Shown here: positions 18,687 through 29,700 of the stretch, in pieces
How the letters are laid out: each line of letters begins with the position of its first letter
How positions within the stretch are numbered: position 1 is the stretch's first letter
Assembly (NCBI GenBank): GCA_014237145.1
Contig: JAAXOC010000089.1
Span: 6,324-70,323, forward strand
Direction: 5' to 3'
Source of the DNA: ANME-2 cluster archaeon
GTDB lineage: Archaea > Halobacteriota > Methanosarcinia > Methanosarcinales > Methanocomedenaceae
Length of the DNA stretch: 64,000 bases
Notes under the pieces: generated by a model
What the model was told of the DNA's origin: nothing
The model's database searches: none
Seen by the model: only the letters and a program-made list of their open reading frames with translations
Position numbers and translations under genes: made by a program

Positions 18687-20402
18687 CTATTGTGCCAGTT
18701 CAACCCATCGATTCACTGCATCCTGTTTAAGGGAATAATCCACGGGAACCTCTACTTTACCTGAAGCAATCGCCTCTTTGCATAAATTGTACAGGTCACC
18801 GGCTTTTGCATTCTTCAGCGAATCAACAGAATATATCCCAGCCGCCTTTACCAGGAGTTCGGCTGATTGCCTGTCAATCCCCAAACTGCCAAGTTGTGAA
18901 GCGCTGTCAATGAGTTTTGCCATGGAAATGAATTTCGTTGCAGTACTTTTGCCAACCAGTTCACCCACAGTTTCAGTATCTGCAACAGCCAGGTCTTTGA
19001 TGGTATTGATGCCTATGTCCTTCAGTTTTGAACCTCTTTCAGGTCCGATACCTTCGATCATTTCAATATCCTGGTTTGCCACTACCAGGTCCAATGGCAT
19101 TCCTGCATCAACCTCTGTACCAGCCTTTGGATTCTGGTCCAGGACAGTACCTGTACCCAGGGTACTTGTGCGTTTAATGATCCTTCCTATTCTCAATTCC
19201 TTGTTTTCCAGTATGGTCCTGGCTTCATTGATGAGCTTTCCAGTGACATCCGGAACTTTAAGGGCTTCAATAATAGAGATTACCAGATCCACACATTCAC
19301 CTTCCAGAACCGCTGTACCTGCTGACGGGTCCTGTTCAAGTACCGCATCTGCTTTTTCAGTACTGACCTGCTTTACGATATTCCCAGGTTTCAGTTTTGC
19401 TGAACGTATCAGGTATTTTGCCATATCCAGCTTTTTACCGATAAGTCCGGGAACCTCTACAGTTTCTCTCGCTGCTATTATAATGTCAACATGTGTACCA
19501 ATCAATGTGGTTGTTCCTGCCTCAATACTTTGGATTAGAATGGTTCCTGATGTGGATTTTGATGATTGCTCTGTAATTTCTCCCACTTCAAGCTGGCTGT
19601 TTATAAGAACCTCTTCTCCACTGTCAATATCAAGCCCCACGATATTTGGCATTTCCACATAAATGATCTTCGAGACAGTTATGTCAATGGCAGCCCCGGG
19701 CATTGCTAATGAGCAAGCTGAGGGCATCTGGTCAATGACCGTACCTTGAGGTGAATTACTATTCTTCTCACTGGTCGTACCCGGTTTGAAACCAGCATCA
19801 GTTATTGCATACTCTGCCTCTTCCAGGGTCATTCCTGTGAGGTCTGGTACTTCAATATATTCAGAAAGATCAGGTTCTTTAGGTGTTGATCTTATTGTGA
19901 ATTCAATCGTGCTGAGATTTTCAGGAGGGATGATATCATCCGGCTTAGGCAGCTGGAACTGGAGTTCATTATCTTCTAAGGAAAGGTTTGTCCTTAGTTT
20001 CACATTCATGCTGCTGATAATGTAGTTTGCTTTTGACTCTGGTTCAGTAAGTTTTCCGGCCATGCTGTCCAGGGATTGCCTGAACGTGGTTACCAGATTT
20101 CTCGATGGAATCTGTGCTCGCTCTTGCTGGAGTATCCGGATATTATTTTCGAGGTTTGCTTTTTCCTCTAACAATCCGGCAATTTGGTTCGACCGGACAA
20201 TGTTCTCCTGTTCGAGCACGATTTTCTCAGATATGATAGTATTGTTATTATTTCTCAGCTCGTTTATCAGTGTATCCTTGTTTTGCAGCTCAACTTCCAC
20301 ATTATCAATGGTATTGCGGACTTCGATGAGACTTGTCTCATCAATTTCCTTTGCAGCCCGTAGGTTTTCCAGGTTTTGTCGAAGATTAGTAATGAAAGTC
20401 AT
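18687..20402 (-). CDS. coiled-coil + 4x PASTA + HhH (DUF4332-like) protein
   Basis: Four VPD/MPN/VPG-started repeats with G(T)V..Q.P.AG; C-terminal IEGIGP..GSKL..IGI.TI.DLA; start placed at MTFIT. Confidence 0.85.
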   Translation of the reverse strand: MTFITNLRQNLENLRAAKEIDETSLIEVRNTIDNVEVELQNKDTLINELRNNNNTIISEKIVLEQENIVRSNQIAGLLEEKANLENNIRILQQERAQIPSRNLVTTFRQSLDSMAGKLTEPESKANYIISSMNVKLRTNLSLEDNELQFQLPKPDDIIPPENLSTIEFTIRSTPKEPDLSEYIEVPDLTGMTLEEAEYAITDAGFKPGTTSEKNSNSPQGTVIDQMPSACSLAMPGAAIDITVSKIIYVEMPNIVGLDIDSGEEVLINSQLEVGEITEQSSKSTSGTILIQSIEAGTTTLIGTHVDIIIAARETVEVPGLIGKKLDMAKYLIRSAKLKPGNIVKQVSTEKADAVLEQDPSAGTAVLEGECVDLVISIIEALKVPDVTGKLINEARTILENKELRIGRIIKRTSTLGTGTVLDQNPKAGTEVDAGMPLDLVVANQDIEMIEGIGPERGSKLKDIGINTIKDLAVADTETVGELVGKSTATKFISMAKLIDSASQLGSLGIDRQSAELLVKAAGIYSVDSLKNAKAGDLYNLCKEAIASGKVEVPVDYSLKQDAVNRWVELAQ

Positions 20403-20424
20403 ATCATCCTTACCGTACCTGTAT

Positions 20425-20832
20425 CTATTCATTCACAATTTGGCTGGAAGGCGGGATTGAAACAAATTTGGCTTTTACAGTACTTGCCCCTTCCACATCA
20501 TATTCATGATAGCTTTTATATGATGCATTCAATGGTGCTGCATGTAATTTAGACCGATAACCACGAACTACTCCCTTTGAATCCTTTTCCTCTTTATATT
20601 TCATTGTGAGTGCCATTTTGAGTTCAAGTTCTACCTCAGGAATATGATGCCATGTAGCCTGGATGTCATATTGGCTCAAAATCTCATCGTTATCAATAGC
20701 AAGCTGGGTGTCAATGGAATTTCTATCCATTGCCTGTTGTGTTTCGGAAATGGATTTCCCGACTTCTGTGATTATCCTGGATAATGGATTTACCAATACT
20801 TCCGAGATTATCTTTGTATTACTATTGGCCAT
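20425..20832 (-). CDS. DUF2589-like protein (short paralogue)
   Basis: Aligns by eye with 20874-21482 (P....I.E....I.E.Q.A.D.NS; E.KMA..M; ends in PP). Confidence 0.6.
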   Translation of the reverse strand: MANSNTKIISEVLVNPLSRIITEVGKSISETQQAMDRNSIDTQLAIDNDEILSQYDIQATWHHIPEVELELKMALTMKYKEEKDSKGVVRGYRSKLHAAPLNASYKSYHEYDVEGASTVKAKFVSIPPSSQIVNE

Positions 20833-20873
20833 GATTGTATCTCCAAAAAAAATAAATGGGGAGGAGATAACTG

Positions 20874-21482
20874 TTATGCGGATGCTTCGATTACTTTTAC
20901 TGTGGGTATTACTCTGGATGGGGGGGGTACAGGCTTTAATGTGGTACGCAGCAGGCTTGTGCCCGATTCTTTGAATGAATACTTGGAATTGTATTTTGCA
21001 TCGTAGGTTGATGAATATGCCACAGTTGTGGTATTTTCAAATTTTGTAGATGCTTTACCGAACAGAAAACTGGTCAAACCACCAGTACTAATCTTACCGC
21101 TTACTTTACTTGTGTTCGTTAAATTGAATTCCCTTCCGTATTTTTTCTCAGTCGACATTTCCCTTTTCATTGAGATAGCCATCTTTACCTCAATGATAGA
21201 TTCAGTAAATTCATAGAACCTGGGTTCAAGACCATAGGTGAGCAATGACATGGGCGCATCATTAGTAACCACATCAGTTGCTGTGACATTGCCGTCGTCA
21301 TCAACAGTTTCTTCAATGTACATCACCACGCTTCCTACTTCCAGTTCCGTGTCTGCGAGTGCCTGCGCGACTTTTACTGAGTTCATATCAAGGGCCATCT
21401 GTCCCTCTGCAATAGCGAGGGCCATTTCTCTTATCATTTCACCAAAGGGAACGTTTAATAATTCTTGTCCAACTGAAACCAT
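20874..21482 (-). CDS. DUF2589-like protein with Ser/Thr-rich beta-hairpin insert
   Basis: LLNVPFGEMIREMALAIAEGQ...FYEFTESIIEVKM...LKPVPPP; AGGAG RBS. Confidence 0.65.
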   Translation of the reverse strand: MVSVGQELLNVPFGEMIREMALAIAEGQMALDMNSVKVAQALADTELEVGSVVMYIEETVDDDGNVTATDVVTNDAPMSLLTYGLEPRFYEFTESIIEVKMAISMKREMSTEKKYGREFNLTNTSKVSGKISTGGLTSFLFGKASTKFENTTTVAYSSTYDAKYNSKYSFKESGTSLLRTTLKPVPPPSRVIPTVKVIEASA

Positions 21483-21631
21483 TCTTTAACTCTCCTTAAA
21501 ACAACTTAGTTAATTTGTGTAATAATTATAGATTTTTAAATACTTATATCTTTTGATTGATTTGATTATTTGTTAGAACTTGTGATAATTTTATAACAGC
21601 GTTCGATCAGGCAAAATACTGATTAAATTCT

Positions 21632-22258
21632 TTACACGGCAATAACTTCCTGCTGCCCGATTACATTATACAGTGCCACTACAAAGGAGAACTGCAACAG
21701 TATCAGCAGGTACAGCACTCCCAGCGCCACATGCCCTTGTGTCAGTACCAGCGAGAACAGGGTGCCGAAAACAAACGGCAGCACATATCCCACACGTTCG
21801 TACCGCTTAAGCCTGATGCATACCTTTGCCTCCAGTCTGAACAGCCATTTCAGCAGACTCCTCATGCCCTTTTTCTTAGCGAACCTGAAGATGAGGTACA
21901 TTGGTATGGTAATAAAGAAAAAATAGATGAATATGATAATGCCGTAAAGCAGTACGAGGAGCATTACGAACGACATAGGTATCATGATGCCGATAAGACC
22001 TGGAATCTCTTTGAGCTTGACTCCCCTGTGGTCAAGAAAAATCACCATATTTTTACCCGTATGTATCCTTTTGAAGAATAGCCTCAGGATAAGGCCCAGC
22101 ATGGCAAATACAGGAATTATGATGAGCAGGGCACTGATAACATTGCCAACCGGATCCTCATGGTTCCTGATGCCGATGGTAAAGGGATATGTAACCAGCT
22201 GGGCCAGGAGCAGGACTATGGGAAGATTAATGTCTTCAAGTTTTTTTAGGTAGCCCAT
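21632..22258 (-). CDS. hypothetical membrane protein
   Basis: Several hydrophobic segments; GGAGG RBS before MGYLKK. Confidence 0.65.
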   Translation of the reverse strand: MGYLKKLEDINLPIVLLLAQLVTYPFTIGIRNHEDPVGNVISALLIIIPVFAMLGLILRLFFKRIHTGKNMVIFLDHRGVKLKEIPGLIGIMIPMSFVMLLVLLYGIIIFIYFFFITIPMYLIFRFAKKKGMRSLLKWLFRLEAKVCIRLKRYERVGYVLPFVFGTLFSLVLTQGHVALGVLYLLILLQFSFVVALYNVIGQQEVIAV

Positions 22259-22274
22259 GCCCCTCCATCCTGCC

Positions 22275-22598
22275 CTACGCCAGCATGCAGGCAGTCTGCT
22301 TGTGCCTGAATACAAGGAACACGGCCGGTTTTTCTGAGTTGGTCCTGTGCCGCACTCCGGCAGGCACCAGTATACCAGTGCCGGATTTCAGCTCAATGGT
22401 AGAATTGTCTGATTCAATGACAACTTCTCCCTTCTGGTGAAGGAAGAACTCGTCGTAATCGTGGACGTACCATTTGCCTTTACCCTCACAAAGCACGGCG
22501 CGAAGCAGCGAGTCGTCAATGAACACCATATCATGGGGGCAGCGGGGCGATTCCAGTTTGCTTACTTCCTTTTCAAAATCAATGACCTGTATATCCAT
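22275..22598 (-). CDS. cupin domain protein
   Basis: H...DEFF...G and G..VPAGVRH motifs. Confidence 0.8.
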   Translation of the reverse strand: MDIQVIDFEKEVSKLESPRCPHDMVFIDDSLLRAVLCEGKGKWYVHDYDEFFLHQKGEVVIESDNSTIELKSGTGILVPAGVRHRTNSEKPAVFLVFRHKQTACMLA

Positions 22599-22743
22599 CT
22601 ACAATTCTCCGTTTCTTAAACAATCAATACCTTCTTAATTATAATATTATCCTGAAGTCAGGAGGGTTTTTATCAGGATAACACTCCAGTTTTTCATTGA
22701 ACGTTAATGTTATATTTGTAAAAAATAGACAAAATGCCACGAA

Positions 22744-23454
22744 ATGAAAAAAACTGCCCGTACTGCCCCCAGATATGATGTGATGTTTGGTGACGGCAAA
22801 TTCAACGCCACTCTCCTGATAGGACCTGACCCTTTCGGTGCTTTTTATGATTATAGTGTCTTCCAGGGGGCCAGGCTCAAACTTAAGAAAAACGGTTTTG
22901 AACTTACCGGACACAAGGTCGGGATGGATACCTTTGAAACTGTGTTTAACTATAATGGTAACAGTATCAGGGCACGAATACGACTGGTCCATGGCCGGAG
23001 TTATTCAGGGGATCTGCAGGAACTCTGGCGGGAATCACTGGCGTATGAGGACATGGTATATCTTAAAAGCCATGCAGGATACGGGAAACACTTGAGCCTG
23101 AGCGATGATGTGAACTGCTTTACCGATGCCATGAAGGAAGGATTCAGTCATCCGGACAGGAAATCATACCAGTTGTATTACCTTGATTGCTGCAAGAGTG
23201 AGATGTATTACAGGGACCTGTTCCGGGAGTATGTGGGGTATGAAGGGGTGGACCTGATACTGCATCAGTGGTTCTGCAATTATATTATTATCGGGCCCGT
23301 TGTGGTACTGTTGAGGGAATTGATGGCAGGGTCGGATTTTGAGACAATTGTGGCAGAGATGAACGATGAGTACGGGGTGCCACATGTAGACGTGGAGGAC
23401 GACCCAGAGGATTTGAAGCAGGACCGTAAGATGGTTACTTATTGTGTGGGTTAA
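22744..23454 (+). CDS. hypothetical protein
   Basis: 236-aa ORF with SHAGYG and LDCCKS (His/Cys pair, possibly caspase/CHAT-like). Confidence 0.55.
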   Translation: MKKTARTAPRYDVMFGDGKFNATLLIGPDPFGAFYDYSVFQGARLKLKKNGFELTGHKVGMDTFETVFNYNGNSIRARIRLVHGRSYSGDLQELWRESLAYEDMVYLKSHAGYGKHLSLSDDVNCFTDAMKEGFSHPDRKSYQLYYLDCCKSEMYYRDLFREYVGYEGVDLILHQWFCNYIIIGPVVVLLRELMAGSDFETIVAEMNDEYGVPHVDVEDDPEDLKQDRKMVTYCVG

Positions 23455-23976
23455 TGGTGGCTAAACCAGGAAAATAAAAAATTAGTACTTCATAAAACCC
23501 TTGCTTCCGAATTAGTATACATTTTCTTACTGTATAGATCTTTAAGATTACGTACTCAGGTAAATCCGGGTGATGGGAGGTTTTTCTTGTAATTTTGTGG
23601 AAAAAAAGGGAGTGTAAAATATTCCTATATTGGTTTTCCAAATTGAGTAAAAGTGCTCCAATCATAAGTGCTCCAATCATAATGATTAAAGCGTATCTAC
23701 ATGTACATTCCTAAAGTTTCAATCTATATATAAAAGTAGGTGAGATTATAAAAAGTTACATTAATATACTATTATTAATATAATGTTATTACAAATATAT
23801 AGCACAATATAATTTCCAGTTATTATAAAGCATCAATTAACAGTGATTTGCACCGATTTCGATTTGTATCGGCATAAGTCCAGATAATATGAGTATGCGA
23901 CAAATGCCAAAATAACTGTATTTTAAAACAGTGCCAAAATATTCAAATCTATTATTCGAAATGGCTGTGATTTAAC

Positions 23977-25281
23977 ATGGAAAAAACAAAAATCATACTT
24001 GACGAAAACGAGCTTCCTAATCAATGGTACAACATACTGCCAGACCTTCAGACTCCCCTTGAACCGCCACTGAACCCTGCGACCAACGAGCCTATCGGGC
24101 CGGACGACCTTTCACCCATATTCCCAATGAGTCTCATTAAACAGGAAATGAGCCAGGACAGGTTCATCGACATCCCGGAAGAGGTAAGGGATATTTACCG
24201 CCTGTGGAGACCTTCTCCCATATACAGGGCACACCGCCTGGAAGCTGCCCTCAAGACGCCTGCCAGGATATATTATAAGAATGAAGGAGTAAGCCCGCCA
24301 GGCAGCCATAAGCCCAATACAGCTATCGCCCAGGCATATTTTAATATGAAAGAGGGTGTAGAACGCCTTTCCACCGAAACCGGAGCTGGACAGTGGGGCA
24401 GTGCCCTGTCTTTCGCTTGCTCTTTATTTGACCTTGAATGTAAGGTATATATGGTCAAATCAAGTTTTTACCAGAAACCCTACCGTAAATCCCTAATAAA
24501 CCTGTGGGGTGCTAATGTCATACCCTCACCCAGTATCGAGACACAGGCTGGCAGATCTATCCTTGAAAAACATCCTGATACTTCAGGCAGTCTTGGGATT
24601 GCCATCAGCGAGGCTGTGGAAGATGCCGCAACCCATGACAATACCAAGTATGCACTGGGTAGCGTGTTGAACCACGTTATGCTGCACCAGACAGTGATCG
24701 GCCTGGAAGCGAAACTGCAAATGGATATGGTGGATGATTATCCGGATGTTATTATTGGCTGCGTGGGTGGAGGTAGTAACTTTTCAGGTATCAGCTACCC
24801 ATTCGTTCGCGATAAGATGAAGGATAACAGGGACATTGACATTGTGGCTGTTGAACCAACGGCTTGTCCCAGCCTGACAGGAGGAGATTTCAGGTATGAT
24901 TTCGGGGATACGGCAGAGATGACACCCCTGCTTAAGATGTATACACTGGGACATGATTTTGTGCCGCCTCCAATACATTCAGGCGGGCTGAGATACCATG
25001 GTGAGTCCCCGATCATTAGCCAGCTGTATGCGGATGGTATAATGAGGGCTGTTGCATACCACCAGACCGATATATTTGATGCTGCTGTGACCTTTGCCAG
25101 AACGGAGGGTATTGTACCTGCACCGGAATCGGCCCATGCTATCAAGTGTGCTATTGATATGGCCCTTGAGTGCAAGAAGACTGGCGAGGAAAAGAGCATC
25201 CTGTTCAACTTTAGCGGTCACGGTCATTTCGATATGGCTGCATACGACACTTATTTCAGTGGTGAAATGACAAACGAATAA
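23977..25281 (+). CDS. trpB2: TrpB-like PLP enzyme (TrpB2)
   Basis: [30 protein letters not shown]. Confidence 0.93.
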   Translation: MEKTKIILDENELPNQWYNILPDLQTPLEPPLNPATNEPIGPDDLSPIFPMSLIKQEMSQDRFIDIPEEVRDIYRLWRPSPIYRAHRLEAALKTPARIYYKNEGVSPPGSHKPNTAIAQAYFNMKEGVERLSTETGAGQWGSALSFACSLFDLECKVYMVKSSFYQKPYRKSLINLWGANVIPSPSIETQAGRSILEKHPDTSGSLGIAISEAVEDAATHDNTKYALGSVLNHVMLHQTVIGLEAKLQMDMVDDYPDVIIGCVGGGSNFSGISYPFVRDKMKDNRDIDIVAVEPTACPSLTGGDFRYDFGDTAEMTPLLKMYTLGHDFVPPPIHSGGLRYHGESPIISQLYADGIMRAVAYHQTDIFDAAVTFARTEGIVPAPESAHAIKCAIDMALECKKTGEEKSILFNFSGHGHFDMAAYDTYFSGEMTNE

Positions 25282-25355
25282 TATGAGACGGATGCCTGAC
25301 TGGTATCCTTCCCATAACTTTTTAATTTTTGAATACCCTTTTAGCCTGAATATAT

Positions 25356-26642
25356 TTGAAATTCATTAAGAAGATTTTCGGGAAAAAGGAAGTAGCACCT
25401 TCCAAACTGACTCTTAAGTCCAATGAGCTTGCGGCTTGGCTGGAAAAGGAGGGCGAGAGTACATTTGCTGAGCTTGGGGCACATATCGGGCATAAGTATA
25501 CTGAGATCAGTAATGCCCTTGAAGACCTATCTGAAGCAAAAGATCGCCTGGTGGATGCGTCTTTTGGTGAGAAGGTGTATAAGCGCTTAGCCAAGGCTGG
25601 TGCATCTAACCGGGATAATCTTGTAAAGAACCTGGATGTTATTATAGAGAAGACTGCAATCCCTGAGGATACGGACCCGTCTGAAGCATACCAATTCCAC
25701 CTGGATGCTAAATCTGTATTGAATACTTGTCTTGAGAACGCTGTTAGGAGCCAGCAGTATGTCAAGGCGCTTTTTCCTGAGGAATATAAGGATATCTGGG
25801 GCGGGCTGAAGCACCTGGATGTCCTGCTGGATGAGCTTGTTGCTCCTATCAATGAGGTAAAGGATGAACTGGAGGCATATGATAAGCTGCCCGGGGATAT
25901 TGAACTAATCAGGCAGATGCAGCAGCAGATTCCGGCAGGGCAGAAGAACATCAATGAGCTCACTGGCAAGTACGAGACATTGAAGGCTGAACTGGGTTCT
26001 GGAGAGGCGAGGCTGGAAGAGATAGAGGCTGGTGATGAGTTTACCAGGGCACGGGAACTGGAAGAGCAGGCCCGAACCCTTAAGGGTCAGATATCTGAGG
26101 TTGATTCGAATCTGGTGGGTTTGTTTGCTCCATTGTCCAAGGCTCTTTCCAGGATGGAGAAACAGGATGGGAGCGGGCGGCATATTATGTCTGCTGATAG
26201 CAGGAAGGTCCTGAAGATACTGAAAGATGAGCCGGTGTCTGCGCTTGATATTGACCTTACTGGTTTTCTGGTTGAAATGAAGACCAGGGTTGAGGATGGG
26301 AGTCTGGGTCTTAAGCAGCAGAAGATGAACAAGACGCTTGAGCAGATCGATAGGTTGGTTGGAACTGATGTCCTGTCAAGGCTTAAAAGTCAAAGGGAGG
26401 GATATTCTTCTAAACTTACCGGGGTGCGGGTGGAGTTAGAGGGACTTACTGTTTACAGGGAGAAAACACAGGTTGAAGATAGGATTTCTGAGTGCCGGAA
26501 TGTGATGGATTCTACCGGGCAGAAGCTGGATGCTGAGAAGAGGGAAGTTGCAAGGCTGAAGAAGGAAGTTGAGGAATTGAAGTCGGGATTGGATTCTGAT
26601 CTGAGTGAGATTTTTGGGAAGGATATTGAAGTGGGATATTGA
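25356..26642 (+). CDS. coiled-coil hypothetical protein
   Basis: 428-aa Glu/Leu/Lys-rich heptad protein. Confidence 0.7.
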   Translation: MKFIKKIFGKKEVAPSKLTLKSNELAAWLEKEGESTFAELGAHIGHKYTEISNALEDLSEAKDRLVDASFGEKVYKRLAKAGASNRDNLVKNLDVIIEKTAIPEDTDPSEAYQFHLDAKSVLNTCLENAVRSQQYVKALFPEEYKDIWGGLKHLDVLLDELVAPINEVKDELEAYDKLPGDIELIRQMQQQIPAGQKNINELTGKYETLKAELGSGEARLEEIEAGDEFTRARELEEQARTLKGQISEVDSNLVGLFAPLSKALSRMEKQDGSGRHIMSADSRKVLKILKDEPVSALDIDLTGFLVEMKTRVEDGSLGLKQQKMNKTLEQIDRLVGTDVLSRLKSQREGYSSKLTGVRVELEGLTVYREKTQVEDRISECRNVMDSTGQKLDAEKREVARLKKEVEELKSGLDSDLSEIFGKDIEVGY

Positions 26643-26721
26643 TCGTCAGGACTTGAAAAAAAAGATGTGTAGCGCCCGGAATGGACGCCTGGTTTAGTAA
26701 TTTCTGATTCCTATGTGTTTT

Positions 26722-29700
26722 TTATGGTACAGTTATAGAGCCTTGATCTTCAACGTTGGCTGAGGCATTGTAGGTGAAAACTGAATGTGTAACATCATCA
26801 ACAATAAAAGTAAAGGTTCCACTTGCACGCTTGACCTTGTTAGATTTTAAAGAAACAGCTCCATTTATGTCAGTGATTCTAACATCACTGTCACTTGTTA
26901 GGCCATCCCAATGACCTGATACTGTTGCTCCCACTACTTTATTATTATAAGCATCAAGAATTGTTACTGTAGCTGTAGCTATAGCTTTTGTTTTTTTTCC
27001 ACGAGTTTTCGTCGACATGTTGATGCTATGGACATGCATTTCTAATGAAGTTGCCTCGGTAATAGTTGCTGTTGTTGTACTTGTATCAGTGGCCCCATCT
27101 TCATCTGTGACCATCAACGTGACTGTGTAAGTCCCGTTCTGAGCATAGGTATGGGTGGGATTTACTCTGGTTCCTGTATTGGTGTCCCCAAAGTTCCAGT
27201 CATAAGAGACAATACTGCCGTCGGGATCAGATGAACCTGACCCGTTAAAGGTAATTGCCAATCCTTCCGTACCTGTGTAAGGTCCATTCGGATCTGATGT
27301 CGGTGGCTGGTTAAGATTTGATACAACAATAAAGTCGGTCTTGGTATCGGTCTGACTATCACCATCGGCCTCATAAACAGTCAGGGTCACTGTATACACG
27401 CCATCAATAGAATACATATGGCTCGGGTTCGGGGTTGTGTCATCTATTACAGTGTCATTCTCGAAATCCCATTCCCATGCAGTAATGCCGTCATATGATG
27501 TGGAAGTATCACTGAAAGAGACAGTTAATGGTTCTGGTCCTGAGGTAGGTGTAGCTGTAAAATCTGCAACTGGATCGATATCTCCTATGGTTGCCATAGT
27601 TGTGCTGGTATCCGTTGCTCCATCATTATCTGTGACCGTTAGTGTTACTGTATATGATCCGTTCTGAGCATAGGTATGTTTGGGACTCACTCCTGTTCCT
27701 GTATTTGTGTCCCCAAAGTTCCAGTTATAAGAGACAATACTTCCATCAGTATCAGAAGAACCGGACCCATCAAATGATATTGCAGTATCTTCAGTACCAG
27801 AGTACGGGCCACCTGCGTTTGCTATAGGTGGACTATTTGACTCTCCCGAATCACCCAACACAGTTACATCATCAATATACCAACCAGGGTAAGAATTTAC
27901 AGAATAATCAGTTCCGAAACTGAAACCAACTCTTACGTTACTGTATCCATTATAATCAGAGAGATCGAAAACCTGTTGATGCCATCCGTAACCATAATTA
28001 CTGCTATATGCAGGCACTTGACCGAGCGGATTGTAAGAAGATAATGCATCTTCCGGGTATCCGCCAACAGGCGTTATCTGAACCCATGAACTACCACCAT
28101 CAGTTGATATTTCAACGATACCACCATCATAGTAACTCTCTGTAAAATAATAATGCATGAATGTCAACTGTGTTGATATAATTCCACTAAGATCAACTGG
28201 CGGCGATACTAATCGGGCATTCATGTAATTTATATCATAGTTTCCATCAAGATTGGTGGCCCATGTATTTGGCTCAGAATAAGCACTGTTTGGACCTGAT
28301 GTTGGAGGACCTAATTCCCAGTTATCACCGGATCCTGAATGTGTCCATCCATTTGTTCCATGTTCCATATCATCATAAAATATTATTATTAGATCCTCTG
28401 TGTTTTCAGAAATAACATTTGATAATAATGAGGGATTGCCAACATTATCAATCGCTTTAACAGCAAAGTAATAATTTGTATTATATGACAATCCGGTAAC
28501 TGTGTAAGTCTCGGCAGATCCCGAAGATTGTGGTTTTGGCTCACCAGTTGCTTGAGTTGCTGCTTCCCAGTCTGCATCTGTTTCTATATTAGATGTGGAA
28601 TATCTGACATCATATAATTTCGCAGTTCCACTAATCCCATCATCACCTGGAGCGATCCAATCTAATGTAATCGTACTTGAAGTAGGACTAGCAGCTGTCA
28701 GGGAAGAGATGGTAGAGGGGGCAGTGTTATCAAGTTTTAAGGCATTATAAGCATTCAGTCTTCCTCCAGTCACAGTTATTCCAGACAAGGATGTAATTGA
28801 ATCTACTGAACCAAGTAACCGTGCTTTTATCCCATCGCTTGAAATTTCTGGATATTGAGCTTTAATCAAAGCTGCTGCACCTGCTACATGTGGGGTTGCC
28901 ATAGAAGTTCCGCTTTTATAGCCATAGCTGTTTTCGGGCTCTGTTGAAAAAATGCTGACGCCAGGAGCGCTAAGGTCAACTGAAATTAATCCATAGTCTG
29001 AGAAATATGCCAGATTGTCGGAACTATCTGTTGCTGCCACAGAGATTACATTTGGGACATCGTAGCTTGATGGGTAATAAGGGATTACATCATTATTGTC
29101 TCCAATCAGGTCATCTCCTCCATTTCCAGCTGCAGCAACGAACAGTATTCCTGCGTCATTAGCAGCAGAGATAGCATCTTCCAGAGCTTGGGAAAAACCT
29201 CCACCACCCCAGCTGTTGCTCATTATGTGTGCATCATTATCAATTGCATAATTGATTGCAAGTACAGCATCAGATGTGTAGCCCCCCTCCGGGCTTAAGA
29301 ATCTTAATGGCATAATCTTTGCATTCCAGCTTACTCCAACAACGCCCTTGACATTGTTTCCCTTAGCAGCTATTGTTCCAGAACAATGCGTTCCATGACC
29401 ATTCTCATCGTAAGGATCATTGTCGTCGCTGAAAAAGTCCCAGCCTTTTATATCGTCAATATAACCATTTCCTTCGTCGTCAACACCGACAACACCATTT
29501 AATTCGTGTTCATTTAACCACATATTCGCAGCCAAATCCTCGTGGTTATAGTCCACGCCTGTGTCAATTACTGCAATCACTACTTCATTGGAATTTCCCG
29601 TTTCGATGTCCCATGCTTCAGATGCATCTATATCTGCGTCATTTGTGTTTTGCAAGCCCCACAGAGATGAAAAATATGGATCATTTGGTACTGCATCAAT

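Noticed and set aside
18687..20402. PknB-type Ser/Thr kinase or penicillin-binding protein
   Set aside because: No kinase or transpeptidase motifs and no transmembrane helix
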